The notes: generated by a model not told the origin, from the sequence alone. 51,561 nucleotides of DNA from a virus (IMGVR_UViG_3300037245_001095:1-51561); one strand, 5' to 3'; positions 1 through 9,722 are shown, counted from the stretch's first letter. Program-made: numbers and translations.

Positions 1-225
1 CGTGTTTATTGTTCTGTCACAAAGATAGCAGACTTTAAATTTATTGTATATGAGTTTTCTAAGGCAGGTATCTTAATTGATATTCATACAATTGATTATC
101 ATGTTGATGATTTCAAAGTTTTAGAAGATGAAGTCATGACGAAACTTGAGAATGTTATTGCATTTCTGAAGAGTGACGAGAAAATGAAGCAGGCTTACTT
201 ACATAAATTCAACATGTACAATTGA
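1..225 (+). CDS. C-terminal part of a PD-(D/E)XK exonuclease-like protein (partial; N-terminus at the other window end)
   Basis: Frame 1 is open from base 1 (RVYCSVTKIADFKFIVYEF...NMYN*) to TGA at 223-225. It fits the tail of the nuclease starting at 51140. Confidence 0.65.
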   Translation, partial: RVYCSVTKIADFKFIVYEFSKAGILIDIHTIDYHVDDFKVLEDEVMTKLENVIAFLKSDEKMKQAYLHKFNMYN

Positions 226-235
226 GGTAACCACA

Positions 236-1843
236 TTGGCAATATCAGAATTACATCTAAACGATTTTAATAAATTGTTTACAGGCAATACATTAAATTA
301 TGGTAGACATACTTACTCTTTTAACAAAGAAGGCGAAAAAGAAAAAGGTGGTAATAGTCTTATTAAAGATAAACATTTGACTATGACGCCATATAAGAGT
401 CACCTTGAAGGTAAAACAGGGCTCGGTATTATACCAATAACAGAAAAAAATGAATGTAAATTTGCAGTAATTGATGTTGATATTTACAATAAAGATTTCA
501 AGCCATACCTGGATGCTATAGAAAATAATAATTTTCCGTTGGTACCTTTCTATAGTAAGTCAGGTGGCTTGCATATCTATCTCTTTTTCAGACAACATGT
601 CAAAGCTAAAGAGGCTATTAAACGAATAACACAAATGTCAAGAATACTTGGCATTACATTACTCGTTAAACAAGTTAAAAATGAAAAAGTAGAAATATAT
701 CCAAAGCAAACAAAACTGGCACCAGGTCAAAAAGGTAGTTGGATAAATATACCATACTTTAATGCAGAGAAAACAAAACAAGGTCTTGCTAAGAATGGTA
801 GTATGTTAAGCTTGGGAGAAGCAATTGTACATATCAAAAATAAACTTACTACAATCGAAGAATTAGATGATTTATTAAAAGATATGCCATATAATGATGC
901 ACCACCATGTTTACAAACATTAAGTTTATTGAATATGCTTGGTGAAAACAATGGTAGAAATAATTATCTATTTTCATTCGGCGTTTATTTAAAAAAGAAA
1001 GATGAAGATTATTTTGAACAAGAAGTAATGATGATAAATGAGCAATTACCTGTACCATTAGAACAGACTGAAATTGAGAGTACAATATTATCATCACTGA
1101 GAAGAAAAGACTATACATACATGTGTACAACAGCACCTTGTGTAGATTTTTGTGATAAAAAAGTATGTCAAAAAAGAGAATATGGCATAGGCAAATCTGG
1201 TGGTTATTTCACTAATTTAATATTTGGTAAAATGACACAATATAATGCAGCCTCACCATACTATGAATGGCAAGTTAAAGGTCAAGATGTTTCTGATTTT
1301 AAATTATTGCGTTTTAAAAATGAAGATGAAATAATAAAGCAAGATGTATTTTTACGTTTATGTTTTAGAGAACTTCATTTTTTACCATTTAAAATGAAAC
1401 AGGTAGAATGGTTTAAGTTAGTTAATCAAGCATTAACTGAATTAGTAGCAGTCAGTGTTGATCATAGTGATGATACTTCACCACTTATGAGATTTCATAA
1501 TTTATTCCTTGACTTCTTGACAACAAGAGCATTAGCCACTACGCGTGATCAAATATTAGGTAAACAAGTATTATTTGATGTAGAGAATGAAAAGTATTAC
1601 TTTAGAAATAAAGATCTTTTAGAATATCTTTATGACTATAAAAACTTTAGACTATTTAGTTCTGCAGAAATACATGGTCTATTGAGAGATATAGGTGTAC
1701 GTAATAAAGTTATAAGGTCTGAAACAAATAAACAGATTCGTGTGGCTGAAGTATTACAAAAAAATATAATATTAGAGAACATGCAAGAAGATAAGGTTTT
1801 TGATGTTGAATTTAAGTCATATGATGACAATGAACAATTTTAA
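236..1843 (+). CDS. AEP-family primase/primase-polymerase with PriCT-like C-terminal region
   Basis: AVIDVD (motif I) and SKSGGLHIY (motif II); PPCL...GRNNYLF PriCT-like segment; Cys cluster; TTG start after GAGGT RBS. Confidence 0.85.
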   Translation: MAISELHLNDFNKLFTGNTLNYGRHTYSFNKEGEKEKGGNSLIKDKHLTMTPYKSHLEGKTGLGIIPITEKNECKFAVIDVDIYNKDFKPYLDAIENNNFPLVPFYSKSGGLHIYLFFRQHVKAKEAIKRITQMSRILGITLLVKQVKNEKVEIYPKQTKLAPGQKGSWINIPYFNAEKTKQGLAKNGSMLSLGEAIVHIKNKLTTIEELDDLLKDMPYNDAPPCLQTLSLLNMLGENNGRNNYLFSFGVYLKKKDEDYFEQEVMMINEQLPVPLEQTEIESTILSSLRRKDYTYMCTTAPCVDFCDKKVCQKREYGIGKSGGYFTNLIFGKMTQYNAASPYYEWQVKGQDVSDFKLLRFKNEDEIIKQDVFLRLCFRELHFLPFKMKQVEWFKLVNQALTELVAVSVDHSDDTSPLMRFHNLFLDFLTTRALATTRDQILGKQVLFDVENEKYYFRNKDLLEYLYDYKNFRLFSSAEIHGLLRDIGVRNKVIRSETNKQIRVAEVLQKNIILENMQEDKVFDVEFKSYDDNEQF

Positions 1844-1854
1844 GAGGTAAAGAT

Positions 1855-3279
1855 ATGCAGCAAAAAGAAATTATTTTTGGAGCTCCTGGTTGTGGAAAGA
1901 CAACTTATTTGATAAATGTATTGAAAGAAGTATTAAAATCATATGCTCCTGAAAGAATCGCTATTGTTTCTTTCACTAAGAAAGGAGCATATGAATTATT
2001 GAACAGAGCATTAGCAGAATTTGATTTGCCAGAAGATGCTTTTCCATATGCCAGAACATTACATTCAATTTGTTTTAGAGCATTAAATATGTCAATTTAT
2101 GACATGCTATCAAAGAATGATTATCGTGATTTTTCAAAGGCAATGAATATGAACTTTGTTGGTTATTATACAGAAGAGTTTTTCCATAATGATGATCGCT
2201 TTTTACATTTATATTTCTTGAAGCAAAATAATTATGACATGTATATAAAAGTACGTGATGCTATGCAAGAGAATATTATTACTTTGAAACATGTTGCACA
2301 TAATTATAAGCGTTATAAAGAACATGCAAAGAAACATGACTTCACAGATATGCTATTAAATACAATAAAAAAAGATATAAATCTTGATATTGATATTGCA
2401 ATTATAGATGAAGCTCAGGACCTTACAACATTGCAATGGGACACGTGCGACGTGCTATTTAAAAATGCCAAAAGAATATATATTGCTGGTGATGATGATC
2501 AAGCAATATATGAATGGACTGGTGCAGATATAACAAGATTCTTGAGTATTGATGGCACCAAAACAATCCTTAATAAAAGTTGGAGATTAAGAAGTAATCT
2601 ATTAACTTTTGCTAAGAAGATAACAAGTAAAATTGATGTTCGAGTTGATAAAGATTTTAAACCTCTTGAAGAGGGCGGTAATATTCATTACTATAATACA
2701 ATAAAAGATTTTAAATTTAATCCAGAAGAAAGTTATTATTGTTTAGCACGTAATAATTATTATTTAAAACGTTATACTACTGAACTCAAAAGACAGACTT
2801 TGATATTTCAACATAAGCATAAATTATCTGCAGACCCAGATATTATTCATGCCATAAACAGTTTCAATGCTTATAAGAAAGGTGAAGCACTCGACAAAGA
2901 TGCTATTAAAGTGCAGAAATATTTAAAAAAAGATGCTAAGCATATTGATAAATTATCTTGGTTTGAGTGCTTTAATTTAAAACCAGATGATATTTTCTAT
3001 TACAGAAAGTTGATTCAAAATAAGGTTGAAATTACCGAACCAAAGATAACAGTCAATACAATACATGGTGTAAAGGGAGGTGAAGCAGATAATGTAATAC
3101 TATTTATGGATGTCACTAAAGTTGTATATCATAATTTATATACATTGAGTGACAGTGAATTAAGATGTCTATATGTCGCATGTACAAGAGCAAAATTTAA
3201 CTTGCATATTATTCATGCCGAGACCAAGTACAGTTACACAGAAATATTTAAGGAGTTGAATAATGAGTATAATCTTTGA
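1855..3279 (+). CDS. UvrD/Rep-like SF1 DNA helicase
   Basis: GAPGCGKT Walker A, IIDEAQD, AGDDDQAIY, TIHGVKGGEAD and LYVACTRAK motifs. Confidence 0.93.
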   Translation: MQQKEIIFGAPGCGKTTYLINVLKEVLKSYAPERIAIVSFTKKGAYELLNRALAEFDLPEDAFPYARTLHSICFRALNMSIYDMLSKNDYRDFSKAMNMNFVGYYTEEFFHNDDRFLHLYFLKQNNYDMYIKVRDAMQENIITLKHVAHNYKRYKEHAKKHDFTDMLLNTIKKDINLDIDIAIIDEAQDLTTLQWDTCDVLFKNAKRIYIAGDDDQAIYEWTGADITRFLSIDGTKTILNKSWRLRSNLLTFAKKITSKIDVRVDKDFKPLEEGGNIHYYNTIKDFKFNPEESYYCLARNNYYLKRYTTELKRQTLIFQHKHKLSADPDIIHAINSFNAYKKGEALDKDAIKVQKYLKKDAKHIDKLSWFECFNLKPDDIFYYRKLIQNKVEITEPKITVNTIHGVKGGEADNVILFMDVTKVVYHNLYTLSDSELRCLYVACTRAKFNLHIIHAETKYSYTEIFKELNNEYNL

Positions 3280-3730
3280 AGGTGTAGACGGAACAGGAAA
3301 AACAACAAGAGCTAAAGAATTTCCAAGAATATATACAGGTCATTATGATTATATACATAATCATGATAAAACAAGAAAACCTGTTGATATAGAAAGTGAA
3401 GTGACAAAGGAAATGTTACTAATGACATATTGTGATAAGATTTTATTTGATCGCAGTTATATTATATCAGAATATATTTATTCTAAAGTTCTAAGAAGAG
3501 AAACTCCCGTGACACTTGATTATGTCAAAGCTCTTATTGAATTGATAAACTTAAGAAGTCATACAGTTAATTTATTTGTTTTTAAGGACAGAGATAAATT
3601 GATTCTTAAAGATGAAGATAGCAAATTACCGTTCATTGAATTGAATAATGCTTATCTACAATTGTTTGATATTGATGTAAAAGTTGAAAGAATGGCAGTT
3701 GTAATTATTGATGATAGGAGTCCAATATGA
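3263..3730 (+). CDS. thymidylate/dNMP kinase-like P-loop protein
   Basis: IIFEGVDGTGKTT P-loop and LFDRSYIISEYIY; adjacent to thyX. Confidence 0.75.
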   Translation: MSIIFEGVDGTGKTTRAKEFPRIYTGHYDYIHNHDKTRKPVDIESEVTKEMLLMTYCDKILFDRSYIISEYIYSKVLRRETPVTLDYVKALIELINLRSHTVNLFVFKDRDKLILKDEDSKLPFIELNNAYLQLFDIDVKVERMAVVIIDDRSPI

Positions 3731-4326
3731 AAATGATTAAACAATATATTAAAGTAATCACACCAGAAAGTGAATATAAAGTATTCGCCTCGCGTATAGA
3801 GAATATCGCACGGGTCTGTTATCAGTCAGCTGGTAAAGATGTAACATCAAAATTTATTCGTAGCTTAATTAAAAGTGGTCATGAGGCAATGATTGAACAT
3901 AGTAGTTTATCAATTTCATTTATCACTGATCGTGCTACAGCAAATGCTCTTGTAAGACATAGACATTGTTCCTTTGCACAGGAGAGTACACACTATATCA
4001 ATTATGCCAAAAAGTATGGTGATCTTACTTGTATAAGACAAGTAGCAATTGAAGATCAAGAGACTTTTGAATCAATGTTATATGACATTGAAAGTGATTA
4101 TATTAAATTGAGTAACGAAAAGTCAAAAGCTAAAAGAGCTTTATTACCATTAGCCTTTAAGACTGAGTTGGTTATCACAACAAACTTAAGTGAATGGAGA
4201 TCAATCTTGAAACGAAGAACTTCAAAGAAAGCTCATCCTCAAATGCAAGATATTATGCTTAAGGTACTTGATTGGTTTAAACAAGAATTACCAATATTTG
4301 TGGAGGATATAGATGCAGAAAGATAA
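3727..4326 (+). CDS. thyX: FAD-dependent thymidylate synthase
   Basis: ThyX signature RHRHCSFAQES, plus GHEAMIEH and TNLSEWR...AHPQM. Confidence 0.93.
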   Translation: MKMIKQYIKVITPESEYKVFASRIENIARVCYQSAGKDVTSKFIRSLIKSGHEAMIEHSSLSISFITDRATANALVRHRHCSFAQESTHYINYAKKYGDLTCIRQVAIEDQETFESMLYDIESDYIKLSNEKSKAKRALLPLAFKTELVITTNLSEWRSILKRRTSKKAHPQMQDIMLKVLDWFKQELPIFVEDIDAER

Positions 4327-4648
4327 CCGCGATGATATTTATGAGCGACTTGAAAAACAGAATGGTCGTAATAATCAAGTCATAAAAGCAATTGAAGAGT
4401 TTGCCGAGTTAATAAAAGAATTAACAAAACAACTTGGCAAAGATACATATACGAGTACTAAAAATATCTGTGAAGAAATAGCTGATGCTCGTGTTTGTCT
4501 TGAACAACTTGAGAGATTCTTTGACCCAAATGGTATTGCAGTTGAAATAGTTATAGACTATAAACTTCGTAGACTTGAGATGTTTTATCTTAAGGCTGAT
4601 GATACTATTGATGATGATGACTTAATTTTCAAGTCGATAGATAAATGA
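4313..4648 (+). CDS. MazG-like nucleotide pyrophosphohydrolase
   Basis: KAIEEFAELIKE...ICEEIADARVCLEQL (EExxE...EExxD pattern). Confidence 0.75.
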   Translation: MQKDNRDDIYERLEKQNGRNNQVIKAIEEFAELIKELTKQLGKDTYTSTKNICEEIADARVCLEQLERFFDPNGIAVEIVIDYKLRRLEMFYLKADDTIDDDDLIFKSIDK

Positions 4649-4653
4649 TTAAA

Positions 4654-4738
4654 TCGTCAATGACGACCAATGATTAGGTTTTTAGGGGTATATTAGTATA
4701 CCCCATTTATATATACTTTATTCGTCAATGACTATTGA
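4654..4738. repeat. dispersed element copy 1: TCGTCAATGAC x2, 68 bp apart, with internal hairpin
   Basis: Boxes at 4654 and 4722; hairpin GGGGTATA-TTAG-TATACCCC at 4685-4704. Confidence 0.85.
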
Positions 4739-4779
4739 AGTATCTAATAGATCATTTCAAATATTCCGGAGGAGTGTAA

Positions 4780-5148
4780 ATGGGAACTTTAGTTAAGTAC
4801 TGTGAAACTTGTAATAAACAATTTATGCCTTATCGACCATTTCAAAAATATCATAGTGATAAATGTAGACTTATTGCTCATGAAAAAGAATATCGATATG
4901 TAAGAAAACCAGACGTCACGAGACAATGCAGACAATGTGGTACGGAATTTGTAACAAATAATAAGAAGAAGGTATTTCATAATACAAAATGTCAAAAGGA
5001 ATATCAAATTGAAAATCGAAATAATCTGGAACCTGATGAAAGAACTTGTGCATACTGTGGTGATAAGTTCGAGACAACCCATCATGCCAAAAAATATTGT
5101 CACACAGACTGTTATGATGAAGCCAAGAAAGAGAGGGAAAAGAAATGA
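4780..5148 (+). CDS. triple zinc-finger protein (CxxC...C/HxxxC repeats)
   Basis: Three units: CETC..HSDKC, CRQC..HNTKC, CAYC..CHTDC; GGAGG RBS. Confidence 0.7.
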   Translation: MGTLVKYCETCNKQFMPYRPFQKYHSDKCRLIAHEKEYRYVRKPDVTRQCRQCGTEFVTNNKKKVFHNTKCQKEYQIENRNNLEPDERTCAYCGDKFETTHHAKKYCHTDCYDEAKKEREKK

Positions 5149-5339
5149 GTGACTACGATATATCTTGGTATAAGTCAATGACAAACATACGTACTGATTT
5201 TGAAAAGAGTCTTTTTGAATATTATCCTGATGCACATTTTAAATTATTATCATGTGGTTTATATGCTAGTGGTATGATAGAAATTGCATGGGAAATGTAC
5301 AAAACAGGTATAAGACATGCAGTAAAGGGAGTGGACTAA
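5145..5339 (+). CDS. hypothetical protein
   Basis: Coupled ORF (ATGA overlap) within the operon. Confidence 0.6.
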   Translation: MSDYDISWYKSMTNIRTDFEKSLFEYYPDAHFKLLSCGLYASGMIEIAWEMYKTGIRHAVKGVD

Positions 5340-5536
5340 TGGCAATTAGTAAAGAGACAATAGATAAATGGAATCGTTATGTTAATGCTTGTGATGAAGA
5401 TGAATTTCGACATAAAATGAATGACTGGGAAAATGAATTTATTGATTCAATACTTGAAGACTTACATTATGACAAAATATTAACTCTGAAACAAGCACAA
5501 AAGTTAGGTCAAATATATCATAAGGTGGTAGAATAA
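5339..5536 (+). CDS. hypothetical protein
   Basis: Start moved to ATG 5339 (TAATG overlap, GGAG RBS); NDWENEFIDSI...LTLKQ motif. Confidence 0.65.
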   Translation: MAISKETIDKWNRYVNACDEDEFRHKMNDWENEFIDSILEDLHYDKILTLKQAQKLGQIYHKVVE

Positions 5537-5757
5537 TGGAAGATATAAAAGAAGTAATGAAGGCTGGTGTATCTATTTTAATGGATACTATATTAAATCT
5601 TTTACAAAAAGATCCACATGGGTGGAGTGAAAGAGGTTGTTCTACTTGTCAAGCCATATCAAGTATTTCTGGAAGACCTTTTGGTTGTAGTTTATACAGA
5701 TTACAACGAGAAACTCAAAGAAAAAGAGAAGCAGAGAAGGACAAAAACAATGTATGA
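5536..5757 (+). CDS. hypothetical protein (small, Cys-containing)
   Basis: TAATG-coupled ORF; H..CSTC..C. Confidence 0.6.
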   Translation: MEDIKEVMKAGVSILMDTILNLLQKDPHGWSERGCSTCQAISSISGRPFGCSLYRLQRETQRKREAEKDKNNV

Positions 5758-7702
5758 GAAAATGGGTAATATAATATCTCTTGATACAGAGACAAAAGAC
5801 CCGCTATTGACAAATAAGAAGAAGTCATTGCCAAGTGGCCCGGGAGTCTTTAGAAGTACTCCACATGACTATCGTAATGAACATGGTTATCTTCTTGGTG
5901 TATCAATGGGTGATGAACATGGCAATAAATGCTATCTCAATTTAGGACATTACGAAGCAACAAAAGAATTAAGGGATGTCAATGTCAAATATTTAAAAGA
6001 AACCTTGGCACAGGCTGACACGATCATTGGCCAGAATCTGCTATATGATCTTGATTGGTTAGAGAATTGGTTAGGCATTAAGGTCAATGGTACCTTGATT
6101 GATGTTGGTGTTGCTGAAGCTCTGCTTGATGAAAATCAAGGTAAATACAACCTTGACTTCATGGGCATCAAGTATTTTGGTGAAGGCGAAGGCAAAGCAA
6201 AAGATAAAATACAGCAATTTTGTGACGATAATAATCTTAAAGGCGATGTTCGTAAATGGTTATGGAAAATGCCACATTATCTTGTTGAAGAATATGCTAT
6301 AAGAGATATTGAGCTTCCTATGAATATCTGGAAGATACAGGAACCTCTTCTTGAGGCAGAAGATCTAATGCCATTGATGAATCTTGAATGTGATCTATTA
6401 AGAGTACTACTTGTAATGCGAAAGAATGGTGTCAGAATTGATGAAGCCTTACGTAAATCAGCAGCTGATGAACTATATAGTTTAGTTAAAGAGAAACAAA
6501 CTTGGATAGACAAAGAAGTTGGTTTTCCAGTTAAATTCAGAAGTTCTAAACATCTTGCTTTTATATTTGACGAAAATAATATGCCTTATCCGATGACAGA
6601 CCCATCTAAAACTTATCCTTATGGTCAACCATCAGTACCACGTGACCATTTATTAAGATTAGCAAAAGGTCAATTAACTGGTTTTGATGCTGAAAAGATT
6701 ACTGACCCAAGACTATTAGAGATTGGACAATGTTTAGCAGACTTAAAAAGAGCTGATAAAGTTGTGAGTTCATTTGTTGATGGTAGTCTATTAAGATTTC
6801 AAACAGAAGGTAACTTAATTCATTGTAGTTTCTATCCAATGCGAACAGATGAATATGGCACGAGGTCTGGAAGATTTTCAAGTGCGAATCCAAACCTACA
6901 GCAAATACCATCAACTACTGTTGATATGTACTATGGCACATTAACACGTCGGCCATTTGTACCACTTGAAGATCATCTATGGCTTAAACTTGATTATTCA
7001 CAAATTGAATATCGATTCATGGCCCACTTTGCACGTGGCCAGGGAGCAGATGCTGTTAGAGAACAATATAATTTTAATCCAAGAACTGACTATCATAAAA
7101 TGATTGAAGATTTAACAGGATTGAAAAGAAGGTATGCAAAGAATTTAAATTTTGGTGTGGCATATGGGATGGGAGCAAAACATATGGCTGAGTTCTTTCA
7201 ATGGGATTTAGATTATTGTTATGATATACTTCGTATATATCATGCTAATGCACCATTTATTAAGAGTACAATTAAGGCGGTTGAACGAAGAGTGAAAGAT
7301 AAAGGTTATATCAGAACCTTCTTAAAAAGACGGTCACGTCTGATTGATAAGAATAAGGCTTATACAATGTTTTGTCGTTTGACACAAGGTTCAGCCGCAG
7401 ACCTTATGAAGAAAGGTATGTATGAAGTTTACAAAGCTGGAATATTTAATACACTCATACCAAGTTTAACTGTACATGATGAAATTGATTGTTCAATGCC
7501 AATCACAAAAGAAGGTATGGAAGCTGCACGTGAGGCTAAACATATCATGGAAACATGTATTGAATTAAAAGTACCAATCATTGCAGATATGGAGATTGGC
7601 AAAAATTGGGCCAAGTTAACTGCAGTTGATAAAGAATGGATTGGCTTAACAAAAGCCGAAGAAATGGCAGACTTTGAAAAGAAAGTAAAGGAGATTGCAT
7701 AA
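5750..7702 (+). CDS. polA: DNA polymerase family A with 3'-5' exonuclease domain
   Basis: ExoI LDTET, ExoII NLLYDL, ExoIII YAIRD; GTRSGRFSSANPNLQQIP; motif A DYSQIEYR; motif B RYAKNLNFGVAYG; motif C TVHDE. Start moved to ATG 5750. Confidence 0.96.
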   Translation: MYEKMGNIISLDTETKDPLLTNKKKSLPSGPGVFRSTPHDYRNEHGYLLGVSMGDEHGNKCYLNLGHYEATKELRDVNVKYLKETLAQADTIIGQNLLYDLDWLENWLGIKVNGTLIDVGVAEALLDENQGKYNLDFMGIKYFGEGEGKAKDKIQQFCDDNNLKGDVRKWLWKMPHYLVEEYAIRDIELPMNIWKIQEPLLEAEDLMPLMNLECDLLRVLLVMRKNGVRIDEALRKSAADELYSLVKEKQTWIDKEVGFPVKFRSSKHLAFIFDENNMPYPMTDPSKTYPYGQPSVPRDHLLRLAKGQLTGFDAEKITDPRLLEIGQCLADLKRADKVVSSFVDGSLLRFQTEGNLIHCSFYPMRTDEYGTRSGRFSSANPNLQQIPSTTVDMYYGTLTRRPFVPLEDHLWLKLDYSQIEYRFMAHFARGQGADAVREQYNFNPRTDYHKMIEDLTGLKRRYAKNLNFGVAYGMGAKHMAEFFQWDLDYCYDILRIYHANAPFIKSTIKAVERRVKDKGYIRTFLKRRSRLIDKNKAYTMFCRLTQGSAADLMKKGMYEVYKAGIFNTLIPSLTVHDEIDCSMPITKEGMEAAREAKHIMETCIELKVPIIADMEIGKNWAKLTAVDKEWIGLTKAEEMADFEKKVKEIA

Positions 7703-8094
7703 TGGCAAGAGATATGAATAGTTTTGCAGCAATAGGTAGATTGACAAGAGATATTGAAGTTAAAATAGCCGGTGGATATACCATTGGTAACTTTTCACTT
7801 GCAAATAATTATATTAAAAAAGGTGAAACAGATGTTAATTTTATCAACTGTGTAATGTTTGGTAAACTCGTAGACAGTATTGGTAAATATATGACAAAAG
7901 GAAAACAACTTGCTATCACTGGTGAACTCCGTCAGAATCGTTATCAAGTTGATGGACAATCAAGAAGTAAATGGGAGATTATTGTGAATACAGTACAGCT
8001 TCTTGGTAACAGTGGTTCTGGTAATGCAACACGTTCAACTGAGCAAGCATTCGAAGCCAATGATGAACAATTTGAGGATGATATACCATTTTGA
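7702..8094 (+). CDS. ssb: single-stranded DNA-binding protein
   Basis: GRLTRD...FINCV.FG...KGKQLAITGEL OB-fold; C-terminal EDDIPF tip. Confidence 0.95.
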   Translation: MARDMNSFAAIGRLTRDIEVKIAGGYTIGNFSLANNYIKKGETDVNFINCVMFGKLVDSIGKYMTKGKQLAITGELRQNRYQVDGQSRSKWEIIVNTVQLLGNSGSGNATRSTEQAFEANDEQFEDDIPF

Positions 8095-8522
8095 TTGAAT
8101 CAAAAATGCTTGATAAGATCAAAGGTTTATTACCTTATGTTTTCTTTCAGGGTATTGAGAATATGATTGATGTTGCAACACCAGATGTTTTCTTTACATT
8201 TGCTGAGGCCATTGGATGGTTTGAAATTAAACAACTTGATCGTGTACCGAAGTACAAGTTCAAAATGCCATGGCGTTCGGGGCAAATGGAATGGTATCTA
8301 AATTATAAACATCAGTATCAAAGTATTGGTGATTACTTTATCTTATTGACATTAAAAGACAGTTGGTATATCATTCGTGATATAAAAGAAATATATACTA
8401 TGAAAGAGATTGAAGGTTGTTATATGTGTCAAACTAAAGATATGAAAAGATTTACTAATAAGTTTGAAATGTTTATGCTTTCAAATTGTAAGAATCATCA
8501 AATCGTCAATGACATACAATAA
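8091..8522 (+). CDS. PD-(D/E)XK nuclease, Holliday junction resolvase/VRR-NUC-like
   Basis: MIES N-terminus, ENMIDVATPDVFF...WFEIK, Q..W motif. Confidence 0.7.
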   Translation: MIESKMLDKIKGLLPYVFFQGIENMIDVATPDVFFTFAEAIGWFEIKQLDRVPKYKFKMPWRSGQMEWYLNYKHQYQSIGDYFILLTLKDSWYIIRDIKEIYTMKEIEGCYMCQTKDMKRFTNKFEMFMLSNCKNHQIVNDIQ

Positions 8523-8587
8523 TTAGATTTAGGGGGATATTCATATATCCCCCATTCTTATACACTCCATTCGTCAATGACTATTGA
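8503..8587. repeat. dispersed element copy 2, at the convergence of early and late transcription
   Basis: Boxes at 8503 and 8571; hairpin GGGGGATAT-TCAT-ATATCCCCC at 8532-8553. Confidence 0.85.
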
Positions 8588-8618
8588 AGTTCTCAATAGA
8601 TCAGATTATCAATATCAC

Positions 8619-9722
8619 TTAGTCAAGAACAAGATGCCCCATAATCTTAATACGATATCTACCTAATAGTTGAAGATCATCCTGAGTATATTTAACAAAT
8701 GAATCTAATGTTGAGCCATCTAATTCTATAACAACACCAAGTTTATCTTCACCACCTGAAGTCTTTCTTACAGCTAATGAGAAATCTCCACCACCACCTG
8801 AACGAGTTATATATTCAACGTCGTATGCAGAAGCTCTCCAACCACCATTGTCAAATACAGCTAAAGCATAATATGCAAAAACAGGATTTTCAAAACCAAA
8901 ATATTCACCATTTGTTAAAGCTGTTAAATTACCAAATTTACCATCGTCACCGCCAGAAGTCATAATCATATCAATAATCATTCTTGTTAAATGCCACTTT
9001 TGACCATTAGGTGGATATGTTATAAATTTAATTGGTGAAGCAAAGGTACCTAAAATAGCCATATTAACATTGACACGTTTTGAAAACTCAACTTTAGCAG
9101 AGTCTAAGTCATGGGCAATTGGTGGTGTTATTGATATATCATTACCATCAACATCTACAACAGCATGCTGACTAAATCTTGTACCAAGAACTCCAGGTAA
9201 TGAGGTATCAACATAATGTATATTTAGATATTCTTTATTTGGTGCAGCGAGTACACTGAACCCGTGTCCAGCTTCAAGAGTTAATATATTTGTACCTCTT
9301 GTTGGTGTTCCAGTAATAACAATATCATTTAATTCTTGATACATAAAATGTTCAACTGAAGGTGTTGATTGATCTTGTCTATTAGTATCAACATTATTAT
9401 GAACAGTACCAATAATAATCTTACCAGTATCAGCTGAATCTCTATCACTATTTGCACACATAATATAAATATCAATAGGTTCTGACGATTTAAATTCTTC
9501 ACTCTGACTTAAGTCAAACATTCGTACTGCTTCATCAGGTATGACACCTGCATCAGTATCAGTTGGCTTTGTTGGAATATCAGGAGCATCTTCACCAGAT
9601 AAGCGATATGTATAATAATAGTATACAGTACTGATTGCTGAACTTAATTTTATACCTTTAATCCCTGATGCAATCTTTACCCATTGCCATTCAGGTATGT
9701 TTGTTACTACTGGATTTGCCAT
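8619..9722 (-). CDS. hypothetical beta-rich protein, last gene of the late operon (possible virion protein)
   Basis: 367-aa ORF with AAGGAG RBS; no motif recognised. Confidence 0.7.
   Translation of the reverse strand: MANPVVTNIPEWQWVKIASGIKGIKLSSAISTVYYYYTYRLSGEDAPDIPTKPTDTDAGVIPDEAVRMFDLSQSEEFKSSEPIDIYIMCANSDRDSADTGKIIIGTVHNNVDTNRQDQSTPSVEHFMYQELNDIVITGTPTRGTNILTLEAGHGFSVLAAPNKEYLNIHYVDTSLPGVLGTRFSQHAVVDVDGNDISITPPIAHDLDSAKVEFSKRVNVNMAILGTFASPIKFITYPPNGQKWHLTRMIIDMIMTSGGDDGKFGNLTALTNGEYFGFENPVFAYYALAVFDNGGWRASAYDVEYITRSGGGGDFSLAVRKTSGGEDKLGVVIELDGSTLDSFVKYTQDDLQLLGRYRIKIMGHLVLD

Noticed and set aside
4654-4738. TCGTCAATGAC repeats as a mini-CRISPR array
   Set aside because: Repeats are only 11 bp, occur in pairs, and the intervening sequences are related to each other; no cas operon.
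5618-5749. N-terminal extension of PolA in the ORF track
   Set aside because: It overlaps the upstream gene and lacks an RBS; ATG 5750 sits just before ExoI. Similar over-extended starts were trimmed at 5288, 31930, 44387, 44868, 45058, 45185, 45486 and 49146.
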